DNA of 64,000 bases from Candidatus Lutacidiplasma silvani (GTDB lineage Archaea; Thermoplasmatota; Thermoplasmata; Lutacidiplasmatales; UBA184), in the NCBI GenBank assembly GCA_022750295.1, contig JAKIVZ010000001.1:133651-197650 (forward strand). Reading direction: 5' to 3'. Positions 45,536-55,142 of this stretch are shown here, in pieces. The notes beneath the pieces were generated by a model, which did not search any database, was not told where the DNA came from, and was given only the letters and a program-made list of their open reading frames with translations. The stretch's first letter is position 1; each line of letters begins with the position of its first letter. Both the position numbers and the translations under genes were made by a program.

Positions 45536-47209
45536 ATGCGTCGTCATGACGTCGTGGTCGTGGGAGCCGGGCTCGCCGGCCAGCGCGCCGCGCTCGCCGC
45601 CCTCGAGGCGAAGCAGGACGTCGCCATCGTCACGAAGCTCCACCCGCTCCGCTCGCACTCGGGGGCGGCGCAGGGGGGCATCAACGCCGCGATCGGGAAG
45701 GAAGACTCCGTCGACACCCACATCTACGACACGGTGAAAGGGTCCGACTACCTCGGCGACCAAGACGCGATCGAGTTCTTCTGCACCGAAGCGGGCGCGA
45801 CGGTCATCGAGGCCGAGCACTTCGGGACGATCTTCAGCCGGGCGCCGGACGGGACCCTCGCCCGCCGTCCGTTCGGGGGGGCGGCGTTCCCCCGCACGAT
45901 CTACGCGGCCGACCGGACCGGCCTCGCGCTTCTCCAGGGGCTGTACGAGCAGCTCGGGACCGCCTCCCCGACGATCTACGAGGAGTGGGACCTGACCTCC
46001 GTCGTCGTCCGCGACGGCCGGTGCCAGGGGATCGTGGCGTTCGACCGCCGCCGCGGGACGTTCGAGGAGATCGCGGCGAAGAGCGTCGTCCTCGCCACCG
46101 GACCGGCCGGGCGGGTTTACGGTCGGACCACGAACGCCCACACCTGCACCGGCGACGGCATCGCCGCCGCCTACCGGGCGGGGGCGGCGCTGAAGGACAT
46201 GGAATTCGTCCAGTTCCACCCGACGGCGCTCCTCGAGTCGTCGATCTTGATCACCGAGGGGGCCCGCGGCGAGGGCGGGATCCTGAAGAACGCGAACGGC
46301 GAGCGGTTCATGGTCCGCTACGCGCCCCATGTGCAGGACCTCGCAAGCCGGGACGTCGTCAGCCGGGCGATCGTCACGGAGGTCCGCGAGGGGCGAGGAT
46401 TCCCCGGCTCGTACGTCCATCTCGAACTGATGCATCTCGGGAAGGAGCGGATCGAATCCCGCCTTCAGGAGATCTGCGACTTCTGCCGGACGTTCGCGGG
46501 GGTCGACCCGGTCGTCGAGCCGATCCCGATCATGCCGGCGCAGCACTACATGATGGGCGGCATCGGCACGAACCTCCGGGGGGAGACGAACGTCCCCGGA
46601 CTGTTCGCCGCCGGCGAGGCGGCGTGCGTGTCGATCCATGGGGCCAACCGGCTCGGCGGGAACTCGCTCTTGGAGACCCTGGTCTTCGGCAAGCAAGCCG
46701 GCATCGCGGCCGCGAAGCACGCGGGAACCGCCCCGGCGCCCGAGGTTCAGCAATCGGACGTGGACGCGGAGGAGACCCGGGTCGGCGTGATGGCGTCCCG
46801 GACCGTCGGCGAGGAGCCCCAGCACCTTCGGATGGCGATGCAGGCGACGATGGACCTCAAGGTCGGCGTGTTCCGGCGGCCCGAAGAGCTCGGCGAGGCG
46901 TTGACGGAGATCCGGGCCCTCAAGGCCCGGTACGACCACGTCCGGATCGTCGACACCTCGAAGTCCTACAATCTCAACCTCACCGACGCGCTCGAGACCG
47001 GGAACATGCTCGATCTCGCCGAGACGATCGTCGCCGGCGCGATCGCCCGGACCGAGAGTCGCGGGGCCCACTCGCGGCTCGATTTCCCGAAGCGGGACGA
47101 CGCGACCTGGATGCGGCATACGCTCGCCAGCAAGGGACGGGACGGCCCCGTCCTCTCTTACGCGCCGGTCGCCTACACGCGGTGGGAGCCGAAGGAGCGC
47201 GTGTACTGA
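45536..47209 (+). CDS. sdhA: Succinate dehydrogenase/fumarate reductase flavoprotein
   Basis: [16 protein letters not shown] (covalent FAD His), [25 protein letters not shown] and RTESRGAH motifs. Confidence 0.96.
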   Translation: MRRHDVVVVGAGLAGQRAALAALEAKQDVAIVTKLHPLRSHSGAAQGGINAAIGKEDSVDTHIYDTVKGSDYLGDQDAIEFFCTEAGATVIEAEHFGTIFSRAPDGTLARRPFGGAAFPRTIYAADRTGLALLQGLYEQLGTASPTIYEEWDLTSVVVRDGRCQGIVAFDRRRGTFEEIAAKSVVLATGPAGRVYGRTTNAHTCTGDGIAAAYRAGAALKDMEFVQFHPTALLESSILITEGARGEGGILKNANGERFMVRYAPHVQDLASRDVVSRAIVTEVREGRGFPGSYVHLELMHLGKERIESRLQEICDFCRTFAGVDPVVEPIPIMPAQHYMMGGIGTNLRGETNVPGLFAAGEAACVSIHGANRLGGNSLLETLVFGKQAGIAAAKHAGTAPAPEVQQSDVDAEETRVGVMASRTVGEEPQHLRMAMQATMDLKVGVFRRPEELGEALTEIRALKARYDHVRIVDTSKSYNLNLTDALETGNMLDLAETIVAGAIARTESRGAHSRLDFPKRDDATWMRHTLASKGRDGPVLSYAPVAYTRWEPKERVY

Positions 47210-48180
47210 TGGCGGCGACGACGGTCCCGATCCCATTCGAGGTGTACCGCTTCGACCCGGCGAAGGACAAGGCGCCCCGGTACGACCGGGTCACCCTCGA
47301 CCTCGCCCCGCACACTCCGGTCCTCACGGCGCTGCTCAAGATTCGGACCAACACCGACCCGTCGCTCACCCTCCGGTACTCGTGCCGCAGCGCGATCTGC
47401 GGCTCGTGCGCGATGGTGATCAACTCGAAGAGCCGGCTCGCCTGCCAGACGCAGGTCGGGGCGGAGTTCGCGAAACACGGCAAGATCGTCGTCGAGCCGA
47501 TGCGGAACCAGCCGGTAGTCCGCGACCTCGTCGTCGACCAGCAGCCGTTCTGGAACAACTACCGGAAGATCGAGCCGCACCTCAAACTCGACCCGACCCA
47601 GCCGATGCCGGTCGGGAAGGAGAACCCGATGACCCCCGCGGAGGTCGAGCGATTCAAGGAGACCCCCCGGTGCATCGCCTGCGCGGCGTGCTACTCCGCG
47701 TGCCCAGCCGTCGAGGCGGACCCGGCGTTCCCCGGGCCGATGGCGCTCGCGAAGCTCTACCGGTTCGTCGTCGACCCGCGCGACAAGGACACGAAGAACC
47801 GGCTCGTCCGGATCCAGCCCGACGGCCTCTGGCTGTGCCTGCGCTGCCATCTCTGCACCGAAGCGTGCCCGAAGGACGTCCAGCCGTCCGAGCGGATCCG
47901 CGACCTGAAGGAACTCGCCATCGCGGCCGCCGGGACCTCGGAGGCCGGGAGCCGCCACGCGGTCGCGTTCAAGGAGAACATCGGCGAGGCCGGGGTCCTG
48001 AACGAGTTCAAGCTGGTCCGGCAGACGTACGGGACGATGGAGATGCTGAAGCAGGTCCCGCAGGGGATGAAGATCGCCCGGAAGAAGCCGGAACTGATCA
48101 AGAAACCCCACCCCATCGAAGGGGTCGAAGAAGTGAAGGCGATCTACCGGGCCCTCGACACGGAATCGGAGGATCGATGA
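47209..48180 (+). CDS. sdhB: Succinate dehydrogenase iron-sulfur subunit
   Basis: SCRSAICGSC [2Fe-2S] motif, plus CIACAACYSACP and CLRCHLCTEACP. Confidence 0.93.
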   Translation: MAATTVPIPFEVYRFDPAKDKAPRYDRVTLDLAPHTPVLTALLKIRTNTDPSLTLRYSCRSAICGSCAMVINSKSRLACQTQVGAEFAKHGKIVVEPMRNQPVVRDLVVDQQPFWNNYRKIEPHLKLDPTQPMPVGKENPMTPAEVERFKETPRCIACAACYSACPAVEADPAFPGPMALAKLYRFVVDPRDKDTKNRLVRIQPDGLWLCLRCHLCTEACPKDVQPSERIRDLKELAIAAAGTSEAGSRHAVAFKENIGEAGVLNEFKLVRQTYGTMEMLKQVPQGMKIARKKPELIKKPHPIEGVEEVKAIYRALDTESEDR

Positions 48181-49064
48181 AGTTCGCGTACTACCCCGGC
48201 TGCGTCGCCCAGGAGTCGGGCCGGGAGCTCGACATGGCGACCCGGTGGGTGTGCCGCCATCTCGGCATCGAGCTCGTCGACTTCCCGAAGTTCTCGTGCT
48301 GCGGCTCCGGGTTCATCGACGAGGCGAACTCGGTCCTGAACGTCGCGCTCAACGCGCGGAACCTTGCGATTGCCGAAGGGGCCGGCCTCGACCTGATGAC
48401 GGTCTGCTCGACGTGCCAGGGGATGCTCTCCCTCGCCAACCGCCGGCTCGAGGAGGCGCCGGTGAAGGCGAAGGTCGACTCGGTCCTCGCTCCCCTCGGG
48501 ATCCATTACGCCGGGAAGACGAAGGTCACGCACCTCCTCTCCATCCTCACCGAACAGGTCGGCGCCGACGCCCTGAAGAAGCGGGTCGTCCGACCGCTCA
48601 CCGGCCTCAAGGTCGGGGCGTTCTACGGCTGCCACCTCCTCCGTCCCCAGGCGGAGATGCACTCGGAGAGCGCCGAGGAGCCGCACTCGTTCGAGGACCT
48701 GATCTCCGCGATCGGCGCGACTCCGGTGATGTACCGCGGCCGCGTGATGTGCTGCGGGTTCCCGATCCTCTTCGTGAAGGAGCCGACGGCGAACCGGATC
48801 GCGGCCCGCCAGATCGACGACGCGAAGGCGCACGGCGCCGACGCGATGGCGACGCCGTGCCCGCTCTGCCATATCTCGTTGGACAGCTTCCAGAACAAGG
48901 CCGAGCACGAGGCCGGCCACGAACTGAACATGCCGGTGTTCCACCTCCCCCAGCTCGTCGGGCTCGCGCTCGGGGCCTCGGCCGAGGAGCTCGGCCTCCC
49001 GCGCCACCTCGTCTCGACCGACGCGGCGCTCGCCAAGGTCGCCCAGGTCGCGGTGCCCACATGA
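48177..49064 (+). CDS. CCG-domain (HdrB-like) subunit of type E succinate dehydrogenase
   Basis: YYPGC...CCG...VCSTC and FYGC...CCG...PCPLC double CCG motifs. ATGA overlap with sdhB. Confidence 0.88.
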   Translation: MKFAYYPGCVAQESGRELDMATRWVCRHLGIELVDFPKFSCCGSGFIDEANSVLNVALNARNLAIAEGAGLDLMTVCSTCQGMLSLANRRLEEAPVKAKVDSVLAPLGIHYAGKTKVTHLLSILTEQVGADALKKRVVRPLTGLKVGAFYGCHLLRPQAEMHSESAEEPHSFEDLISAIGATPVMYRGRVMCCGFPILFVKEPTANRIAARQIDDAKAHGADAMATPCPLCHISLDSFQNKAEHEAGHELNMPVFHLPQLVGLALGASAEELGLPRHLVSTDAALAKVAQVAVPT

Positions 49065-49468
49065 GCCGCGAGCGGTTCCGCGACGGCACGTCGTTCGAGT
49101 CGCAGGTCGGCTACGTCCGGGCCGTGCGGGCCGGCGAGTGCATCTACGTCTCGGGCACCACCGCGATCGACGACGCCGGCGAGGTCGTGGGCGGCGAGAG
49201 CAGCTACGACCAGGCGAAGTTCGCTCTCTCGAAAGCGGTCCGGGCGCTCGGCTCGCTCGGGGGCCAGGTCGACGACGTCGTGCGGACCCGGTGGTTCGTG
49301 ACGCGCGTCGACGATTGGGAGGACGTCGGTCGGGCCCACCGCGAGGTCTTCGGCCAGTCCCCGCCCGCCTCGACGATGGTCGGGGTCCCCCGGCTCATCG
49401 ACGGTCGGCTCCTCGTCGAGGTCGAGCTCGACGCGGTCGTCGCGAACCCGGCCGCCGACCCGAAGTGA
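49061..49468 (+). CDS. RidA/YjgF family protein
   Basis: FESQVGYVRAVR...YVSGTT...DVVRTR...PASTMV...LVEVE pattern. Confidence 0.88.
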   Translation: MSRERFRDGTSFESQVGYVRAVRAGECIYVSGTTAIDDAGEVVGGESSYDQAKFALSKAVRALGSLGGQVDDVVRTRWFVTRVDDWEDVGRAHREVFGQSPPASTMVGVPRLIDGRLLVEVELDAVVANPAADPK

Positions 49469-49486
49469 GGTCCCTGGGCACCGGCG

Positions 49487-50101
49487 ATGACGATGGCCGT
49501 TTCGCTCAACAGCTCCGACGCCGGCCCGATCGTCCTCCTCATTCTCATCGCGGTGATCATCGGTCGCCGCGTGGTCCTGATGGTCCGGGGGACCCAGGTC
49601 CGTCCCGGCCGGATGTTCGCGATCGCGGCGTTCTACGTCGCGTTGTTCGGGCTCACCATCGCCTCGTCGTTCAACGAGCTCCCCGTCTGGACCTACGTGG
49701 TCGACATCGCCGTCGTGGTCGCGGCGAGCATCGGGGCGACCGTCCTCGTCCAGAAGCGGGTCGTCGTCGAGTGGAAGGACGGGATGTGGATGTACCGGCT
49801 CGGCGCCCTCATCCCGGCGATCTACCTCACCCTCTTCGTCGTCCGGCTCGCGTTGGACCTCTTCGTGCTGAACGTGAACCCGTTCGATTTCACGACCCTC
49901 CCGAGCCCGGCGCCGCTGACGGGAACGCCGCTCGTGATCGTCGTCCTCGTCGACGTCCTCTTCGCGTTCTCGACCGGACTCCTCGTCGGGCGGACCCTGG
50001 GAGTGTACCTCGAGTACCGGAAGTTCGCCAAGGCCGGCCCCCCTCCCGGCGCGGTCCCGCTCCCCGGGGCCGGCGGGGGCCCGTCACCCCCCGCAAGTTG
50101 A
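49487..50101 (+). CDS. Multi-pass membrane protein (CcdC/DUF1453-like)
   Basis: About five TM helices and an RR...G..VRP.R motif near the N-terminus. Confidence 0.55.
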   Translation: MTMAVSLNSSDAGPIVLLILIAVIIGRRVVLMVRGTQVRPGRMFAIAAFYVALFGLTIASSFNELPVWTYVVDIAVVVAASIGATVLVQKRVVVEWKDGMWMYRLGALIPAIYLTLFVVRLALDLFVLNVNPFDFTTLPSPAPLTGTPLVIVVLVDVLFAFSTGLLVGRTLGVYLEYRKFAKAGPPPGAVPLPGAGGGPSPPAS

Positions 50102-50129
50102 TGAACGGGGCCCCCGTCGGCGGTCCCGG

Positions 50130-50885
50130 ATGAGCCCGGACTCTCCGAAGGCGAAGACCGCCCGGGAGGAGGCCCTCTCGGACACGGGCCGGATCATCTC
50201 CCTCACCGACGGGATCTTCGCGTTCGCGATGACTCTCCTCGTCCTCAGCCTCGTCGTCCCGTCGGCCGTCTGTACGGCGGGGCTCGCGTTCTGCGCCACC
50301 CACTCCACCCTCAACTCCCCCGCCTACTCCGGCACGCTCTGGAACCTCCTGAGGCAAGAATGGAACGAGTTCGCCGCGTACGTCCTCGCGTTCGTCGTGA
50401 TCAGCGTCTGGTGGTCGATGCACCACTCGGTGTTCGGGTTCATCAAGCGGTACGACTCGACCCTGCTCTGGATGAACCAGATGTTCCTCCTGGGGATCTC
50501 GGTCACCCCGTTCATCCTCGGAGTTCGCAGCACCTTCTCCAACACGGCGGCCGCGAACGAGCTCTATGGCGGAGCGCAGACGGTCGTCGGCCTGCTCCTC
50601 TGCGCGATCGTGTTCTACTCGACCGACCACCACCGGCTCGTCGACCGGAAGATGAGCGGGGAGGAGATCCAGCAGCAGAAGGTCCGGGTGATCTACCTCA
50701 CGGTCGCCTTCGCCGCGACCGTGCCGGTGGCGCTGGTCGACGTCGGGGCCTCGCAGCTCGCCTTCGGCGTGATCCTCGGGCTGCTCTACTTCATCCGGAT
50801 CCGGCACCTGAAGGCGCGGAGGAAGGGTCGTGCTCCCGAGGTCCATCCGTTGCCGTTAGGCGACGACCCCCCTCTCCCGCGGTGA
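50130..50885 (+). CDS. TMEM175-family (DUF1211) potassium channel
   Basis: RIISLTDGIFAFAMTLLV signature, YVLAFVVISVWW..HH and about six TM helices. Confidence 0.88.
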   Translation: MSPDSPKAKTAREEALSDTGRIISLTDGIFAFAMTLLVLSLVVPSAVCTAGLAFCATHSTLNSPAYSGTLWNLLRQEWNEFAAYVLAFVVISVWWSMHHSVFGFIKRYDSTLLWMNQMFLLGISVTPFILGVRSTFSNTAAANELYGGAQTVVGLLLCAIVFYSTDHHRLVDRKMSGEEIQQQKVRVIYLTVAFAATVPVALVDVGASQLAFGVILGLLYFIRIRHLKARRKGRAPEVHPLPLGDDPPLPR

Positions 50886-51090
50886 CGTACAGGTGCAACC
50901 GGTCGCACATCCCCCGGAAGTACCGGGCCCCGCCCCCGGGATGGGCGGACGCGAGCTCGGCCGCGATCGACTCGTCGGACCACGACGGGTCGACCTGGGG
51001 GGTGAACATGCAGGCGAACACGACGAACCGCTTCCCCTCGAGGTCGAGGCGGTCGGTCTCCTCGGCCCCGCAGAACGGGCACCGCAACAT
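50791..51090 (-). CDS. Small Cys-rich hypothetical protein
   Basis: MLRCPFCG...FACMF...MCDRLH. Start taken at ATG 51090, downstream of the RHH gene. Confidence 0.5.
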   Translation of the reverse strand: MLRCPFCGAEETDRLDLEGKRFVVFACMFTPQVDPSWSDESIAAELASAHPGGGARYFRGMCDRLHLYVTAGEGGRRLTATDGPREHDPSSAPSGAGSG

Positions 51091-51136
51091 CGTTCGGGAA
51101 CCTCCCCTTCGCAAGATAGGGTTGGCGGGGGGGGCG

Positions 51137-51355
51137 TTAGTCGATGTAGCCGAGGGAGCGGAGCCGTTCCTTCAGGCGCCGCTCGTCCTCCTCGCTGAAC
51201 GGGATCTCCCCGGGTTCCTCGAGGAGCCGGGCGAGGACGAACTCGACGAACGCGTCGACCGAGGCGAACCCGCTGTCCCGGATCCGCTGGTCGATCCCCT
51301 GCGCGACCTCTTCGGGGATGGTCACGGTGCGGCGAGTCGGTTCGGGAGCGGCCAT
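51137..51355 (-). CDS. CopG/RHH-like small protein with LxxLGY tail
   Basis: TVTIPEEV...GFASVDAFVEFVL...FSEEDERRLKERLRSLGYID, a pattern common in archaea. Confidence 0.8.
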   Translation of the reverse strand: MAAPEPTRRTVTIPEEVAQGIDQRIRDSGFASVDAFVEFVLARLLEEPGEIPFSEEDERRLKERLRSLGYID

Positions 51356-51416
51356 GGACGGCTGGAAATCTCGCAAACCCGGGCGGGGATAGGCTCTTCG
51401 CGAGTGCGAAGGCGTG

Positions 51417-52364
51417 TCACTCCCACTCGATCGTCGCGGGCGGCTTGTCGGTGATGTCGTACAGGACCCGGGTGACGCTCCCCGAGAGGGTCCGGGTGAT
51501 CCGCTCGGCGATCCTACGTCGGAGCTCGACCGGCGGGTCGGCGGCGGTCCCGGTCATCGCGTCGTTGCTCTCGACGATCCGGACGCTGACGGCCTCTCCG
51601 TAGACCCGGTTGTCGCCCATCACGCCGACCGTACGGACCGGGAGGAGGACGGCGAAGTACTGCCAGGGGCGGGCGAGCTTCCCCGCGGCGATCGCCGCCT
51701 CGACCTCCTCCTCGACGATCGCGTTGGCGACGCGGGCCGTCTCGACCCGGGCGCGCGAGATCGGGCCGGCGACCCGGACGGCGAGGCCCGGCCCGGGGAA
51801 CGGCTGACGCTCGGGGTGGGGGATCCCGAGGTGGGCCGAGAGCATCCGAACTTCGTCCTTGTACAGGTCGCGGAGCGGCTCGACGAGCGTGAGGCGGGAG
51901 TCCTTCGGGACCCCGCCGACGTTGTGGTGGGTCTTGATCGTGTCCCGGAGCGACCCGCCGCTCTCGATCCAGTCGGGGGCGATCGTCCCCTGGACGAGCC
52001 GGTCGGCGCCGAACTTGTCGGCCTCCTCCTCGAACAGTCGGATGAACGCGGTCCCGATCCGGCGGCGTTTCTCCTCGGGGTCGGAGACCCCGTCGAGGGT
52101 CGAAAGGAACCGGTCGGCCGCCGGAACGACGGTCACGGGAAGTTGGCTGGCCGCGAAGAACCCCTGGACGAGCGCGATCTCGTTCGCGCGCAGGAGCCCC
52201 GTGTCGACGAAGAGGGACCGCGCCCGGTCCCCGAGGGCCCGGTGGGTGAGGACCGCCGCGGCGGTGCTGTCGATCCCGCCGCTGGCCGCGACGATCGCCT
52301 TGCCGGGCACCGCCGCGCGGATCGCGGCGAGCGCCTCGTCGACGAACTTCGCCGGGTCCTTCAC
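51417..52364 (-). CDS. guaA: GMP synthase, ATP pyrophosphatase subunit B
   Basis: SGGIDS, DPEEKRRRIG, IKTHHNVGG, QPFPGPGLAVR and KPPATIEWE motifs. The GTG start overlaps the purE stop. Confidence 0.95.
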   Translation of the reverse strand: MKDPAKFVDEALAAIRAAVPGKAIVAASGGIDSTAAAVLTHRALGDRARSLFVDTGLLRANEIALVQGFFAASQLPVTVVPAADRFLSTLDGVSDPEEKRRRIGTAFIRLFEEEADKFGADRLVQGTIAPDWIESGGSLRDTIKTHHNVGGVPKDSRLTLVEPLRDLYKDEVRMLSAHLGIPHPERQPFPGPGLAVRVAGPISRARVETARVANAIVEEEVEAAIAAGKLARPWQYFAVLLPVRTVGVMGDNRVYGEAVSVRIVESNDAMTGTAADPPVELRRRIAERITRTLSGSVTRVLYDITDKPPATIEWE

Positions 52365-52822
52365 AGGATGGCCTTCGGCGAGGGGGTCGGCTCCTCGCGC
52401 CACTTCGCCCGGTACCGCTCGAGCGCGGCGGTGATCTCGGGGTACTTCAGGGCGAGGATCTGGGCCGCGAGGAGGGCGGCGTTCTCCGTGGCATCGAGCC
52501 CGACCGCGGCCACGGGGACGCCGGGCGGCATCTGGACGACGGAGAGGAGGCTGTCGAGGCCGAGTCCCCGATGGATCGGAACCCCGACCACCGGCTTCAA
52601 CGTCCGGGCGGCGACGGCCCCGGGCAGCGCCGCGGAAAGGCCGGCCATCGCGACGAAGACGTCGACCTCCGGGTCGGCGACGATCCGGTCGACCTTCTCG
52701 GGGGTCCGGTGGGCCGAGGCGACGTGGACGTCGCAGGGGACCCCGAGGTCGGTCAACCGGGCGCGGACCTTCTCGGCCAGTTCGAGGTCCGATTTGCTCC
52801 CGACGAGCACGGCGACCTTCAT
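52361..52822 (-). CDS. purE: N5-CAIR mutase / AIR carboxylase
   Basis: GSKSD, SAHRTP, AGLSAALPG, PVVGVP and VQMPPGVPVA motifs. Confidence 0.95.
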   Translation of the reverse strand: MKVAVLVGSKSDLELAEKVRARLTDLGVPCDVHVASAHRTPEKVDRIVADPEVDVFVAMAGLSAALPGAVAARTLKPVVGVPIHRGLGLDSLLSVVQMPPGVPVAAVGLDATENAALLAAQILALKYPEITAALERYRAKWREEPTPSPKAIL

Positions 52823-52914
52823 GCGCCCGACGAGGGGACGCGGGAGAAAAGCGTGACGCGCGCGGGCGACCCCGGCGCGCAAGGGCTTTGTCGCCTGGTC
52901 CCCCGCTCCCGGCC

Positions 52915-53559
52915 GTGCGGTTGCATCGCGGAGGCCGCACCCGGACCTGGCTCGGCGCCCGGTTCGGGGGTGGGTACGAGCTCGGCGACCGGCTCTACCG
53001 CCGCCTCCTGCACTGTCTCGGCGCGCTGGCCGTCCTCTACCTGATCCTGCCGTCGGGGTTCTTCGTCGTAGTACCGACGGAGGTCGTGCTCCTCGCCGCC
53101 CTCGAGATGATCCTCGTCCTCGAGTTCCTTCGCCACGTCCGCGGCTGGGAGATGCCGACGATCCGGCCGTACGAGAAGGACCGGATCGCGAGCTACGCCT
53201 GGTATGGGATCGCCCTCACCGCCGCCCTCCTGTTGTTTCCCCGGCCCGTCGCCGCGGCGGTGATCGTGGGGACCGCGTTGGTCGACCCACTCCTGGGCGA
53301 GCTCCGACTGAGAGCGGCGACCCCGGTCGGGTCGCTCGCACCGGGGATCGGGATCTACGCCGTGGTCGCCGCGGCCGCGTTCATGATCTTCGGCGGATGG
53401 CGAGGACTCCCGGTCGTGGAGTTCGCGATTCTGGCGGCCGTCCTCGCCGTCCTCGTCGAGTGGCCGACGTGGGGGACCGTGGACGACGACCTCGCCATGA
53501 CCCTCGTTCCGGGGGCGGTTCTGACCGCGATTCTCCTCGTTCGTCCCGGGTTCGCCTAG
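52915..53559 (+). CDS. Dolichol/phytol kinase-like membrane protein (CTP_transf_1 superfamily)
   Basis: RRLLH, RPYEK, DPLLGE and DDDL motifs in a multi-TM protein. Start uncertain (52888 or 52915). Confidence 0.7.
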   Translation: MRLHRGGRTRTWLGARFGGGYELGDRLYRRLLHCLGALAVLYLILPSGFFVVVPTEVVLLAALEMILVLEFLRHVRGWEMPTIRPYEKDRIASYAWYGIALTAALLLFPRPVAAAVIVGTALVDPLLGELRLRAATPVGSLAPGIGIYAVVAAAAFMIFGGWRGLPVVEFAILAAVLAVLVEWPTWGTVDDDLAMTLVPGAVLTAILLVRPGFA

Positions 53560-53594
53560 TCGAGCGTCGCCGATGGCGGAGGTTCGATCCGACC

Positions 53595-54248
53595 TCAGCT
53601 GCTGGCGCGCTTTCGGTAGAAGGCGGAAATGACGAACACCCCGAGCCAGACGAACTCGGCGTACCCTGGGCTCACCAGGGCGACCGGGATCGAGACGGCG
53701 AAGACCACCGGCGTGGCCACCATGTGCCGGTTCAGGTAGGTTCGCCACGCGGGAGGGAAGTTCGGCCCGACGAGCGCGCCCGGCCCCGACGCGTACCACC
53801 AGAGACCCCCGAGCGACGTACCGGCCGCGATCTGGATCCCCGCGAAGAACACGTCCCCGACGGGAGTCCCATTGGCCGAATTCAGAACGATCGTCGCGAA
53901 GGGAAGGATGGCCATGAAAATGAGGAAAATCGAATTCAGCCGGACGAGCGGCCGGTCGAACCTCCGGATGTAGGTGAAGATCAGGTGATGGCCCTGCCAC
54001 CACATCGCGATCACGAAGAACGTGAACACGTAGGCGAACAGCGGGCCATCGAGGTTCCCGTCGACAATGTAGGTTTGGAGCTTGGTTCCGGTGTCGCCGG
54101 TCGGCAGCACGAGTCCCAGGACGAGGAGGGTCATGGCAAACGCGAAAATTCCATCGCTCAGGGCGAGGATCCGGCTCATGTCCTGCCCCCGGAACACCCA
54201 GGGCGCCTCGAGTCGGTCGGAACGAATCGGGGTCTCGTCGGCTTCCAT
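53595..54248 (-). CDS. TMEM175-family (DUF1211) potassium channel, second copy
   Basis: RILALSDGIFAFAMTLLV, YVFTFFVIAMWW.GHH and LN..FL...LPF motifs. Confidence 0.88.
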   Translation of the reverse strand: MEADETPIRSDRLEAPWVFRGQDMSRILALSDGIFAFAMTLLVLGLVLPTGDTGTKLQTYIVDGNLDGPLFAYVFTFFVIAMWWQGHHLIFTYIRRFDRPLVRLNSIFLIFMAILPFATIVLNSANGTPVGDVFFAGIQIAAGTSLGGLWWYASGPGALVGPNFPPAWRTYLNRHMVATPVVFAVSIPVALVSPGYAEFVWLGVFVISAFYRKRASS

Positions 54249-54364
54249 TCGGTCGGTCCGCCGAGGACGGCCCGTGACCAAGAAGGTTCCTCCAGCGATC
54301 GTACTCGGAACGCTCCCTGGCACCGCCTCGACCGACGGAATCGTCCGACGGCGAGCGGGTCCGG

Positions 54365-55084
54365 CTACGACGTCGACGCGGATGCAAGCCAGTCGAGGAT
54401 CGGACGCCGGAGTCGGACCTCGCGGCCAGGTCCGCGGCGGACAAACCCGCCCTGCTCGAGGCTTCGGAGGAGCTCGTGACCGATCGAACCTCCGATGTGC
54501 CAGCGACGCTCGGAAGAATCGAGGCACCCGGGAGCGAACTTCCGCCGGGCTTCCCGACAGAGCGGGACGCTCACGCCCCGACGGAGGAGCTCGACCTCCC
54601 CCCGACGCGTGACGACGAATCCCGAGGCCGACCGGACCATCCATCGGAGCCGCTCCATCTCGGCCGCCAGCTCGACGGCGCGCGCGCCCGCGAGGTGGTC
54701 GTAGCAGGTCCGGGCGATCTGGAGCGGCGAACCCGGCATCGGGCGTTCCGTGGGGCCCTTCGACCTCCGGGATCGGTCGCCCGGAGCCGACGCGAGCTCC
54801 CCGAGGAGCCGCTGGATCGCGTCTCCATCGACCGAGTAGATCCGATGGCGACCTCGCGGCTCGATCCGGACCAGGCCGACCCCTCGGAGGACGGCGAGCT
54901 GGAGCGACGCTTGCGAGGGCCGGAGTCCCAGGACGGCCGCGAGCTCCCCGACGGTGGCGGGCGAGCCGACGAGCCGACCGAGGATCTGGACGCGCCGCGG
55001 GTCGGAGACGGCGCGGGCCCTCCGGGCCAGTTCGGCCGCCGCGACCGCTCCGAACCCCGGCGGGTCGTTCGGCGTGGTCCACAT
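54365..55084 (-). CDS. ArsR-family regulator with C-terminal RTCYDHLAG domain
   Basis: DPRRVQIL...TVGELA...ASLQLAVL..GLV HTH, plus ARTCYDHLAG and CLDSSERRWH motifs. Confidence 0.82.
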   Translation of the reverse strand: MWTTPNDPPGFGAVAAAELARRARAVSDPRRVQILGRLVGSPATVGELAAVLGLRPSQASLQLAVLRGVGLVRIEPRGRHRIYSVDGDAIQRLLGELASAPGDRSRRSKGPTERPMPGSPLQIARTCYDHLAGARAVELAAEMERLRWMVRSASGFVVTRRGEVELLRRGVSVPLCREARRKFAPGCLDSSERRWHIGGSIGHELLRSLEQGGFVRRGPGREVRLRRPILDWLASASTS

Positions 55085-55142
55085 ATCTAGAAACCCGGAT
55101 ACGTCGACGCACTCAAGTAGGGTCTCCTGACGTTCGGGGGAG

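Noticed and set aside
48177-49064. HdrB as evidence of methanogenesis
   Set aside because: The CCG protein is coupled to sdhAB, and no hdrA/C or mcr genes are present in the window.
52365-52940. Apparent N-terminal extension of GMP synthase, or a purE-guaA fusion
   Set aside because: It is an alternative frame over purE; the two genes are separate with a GTGA overlap.
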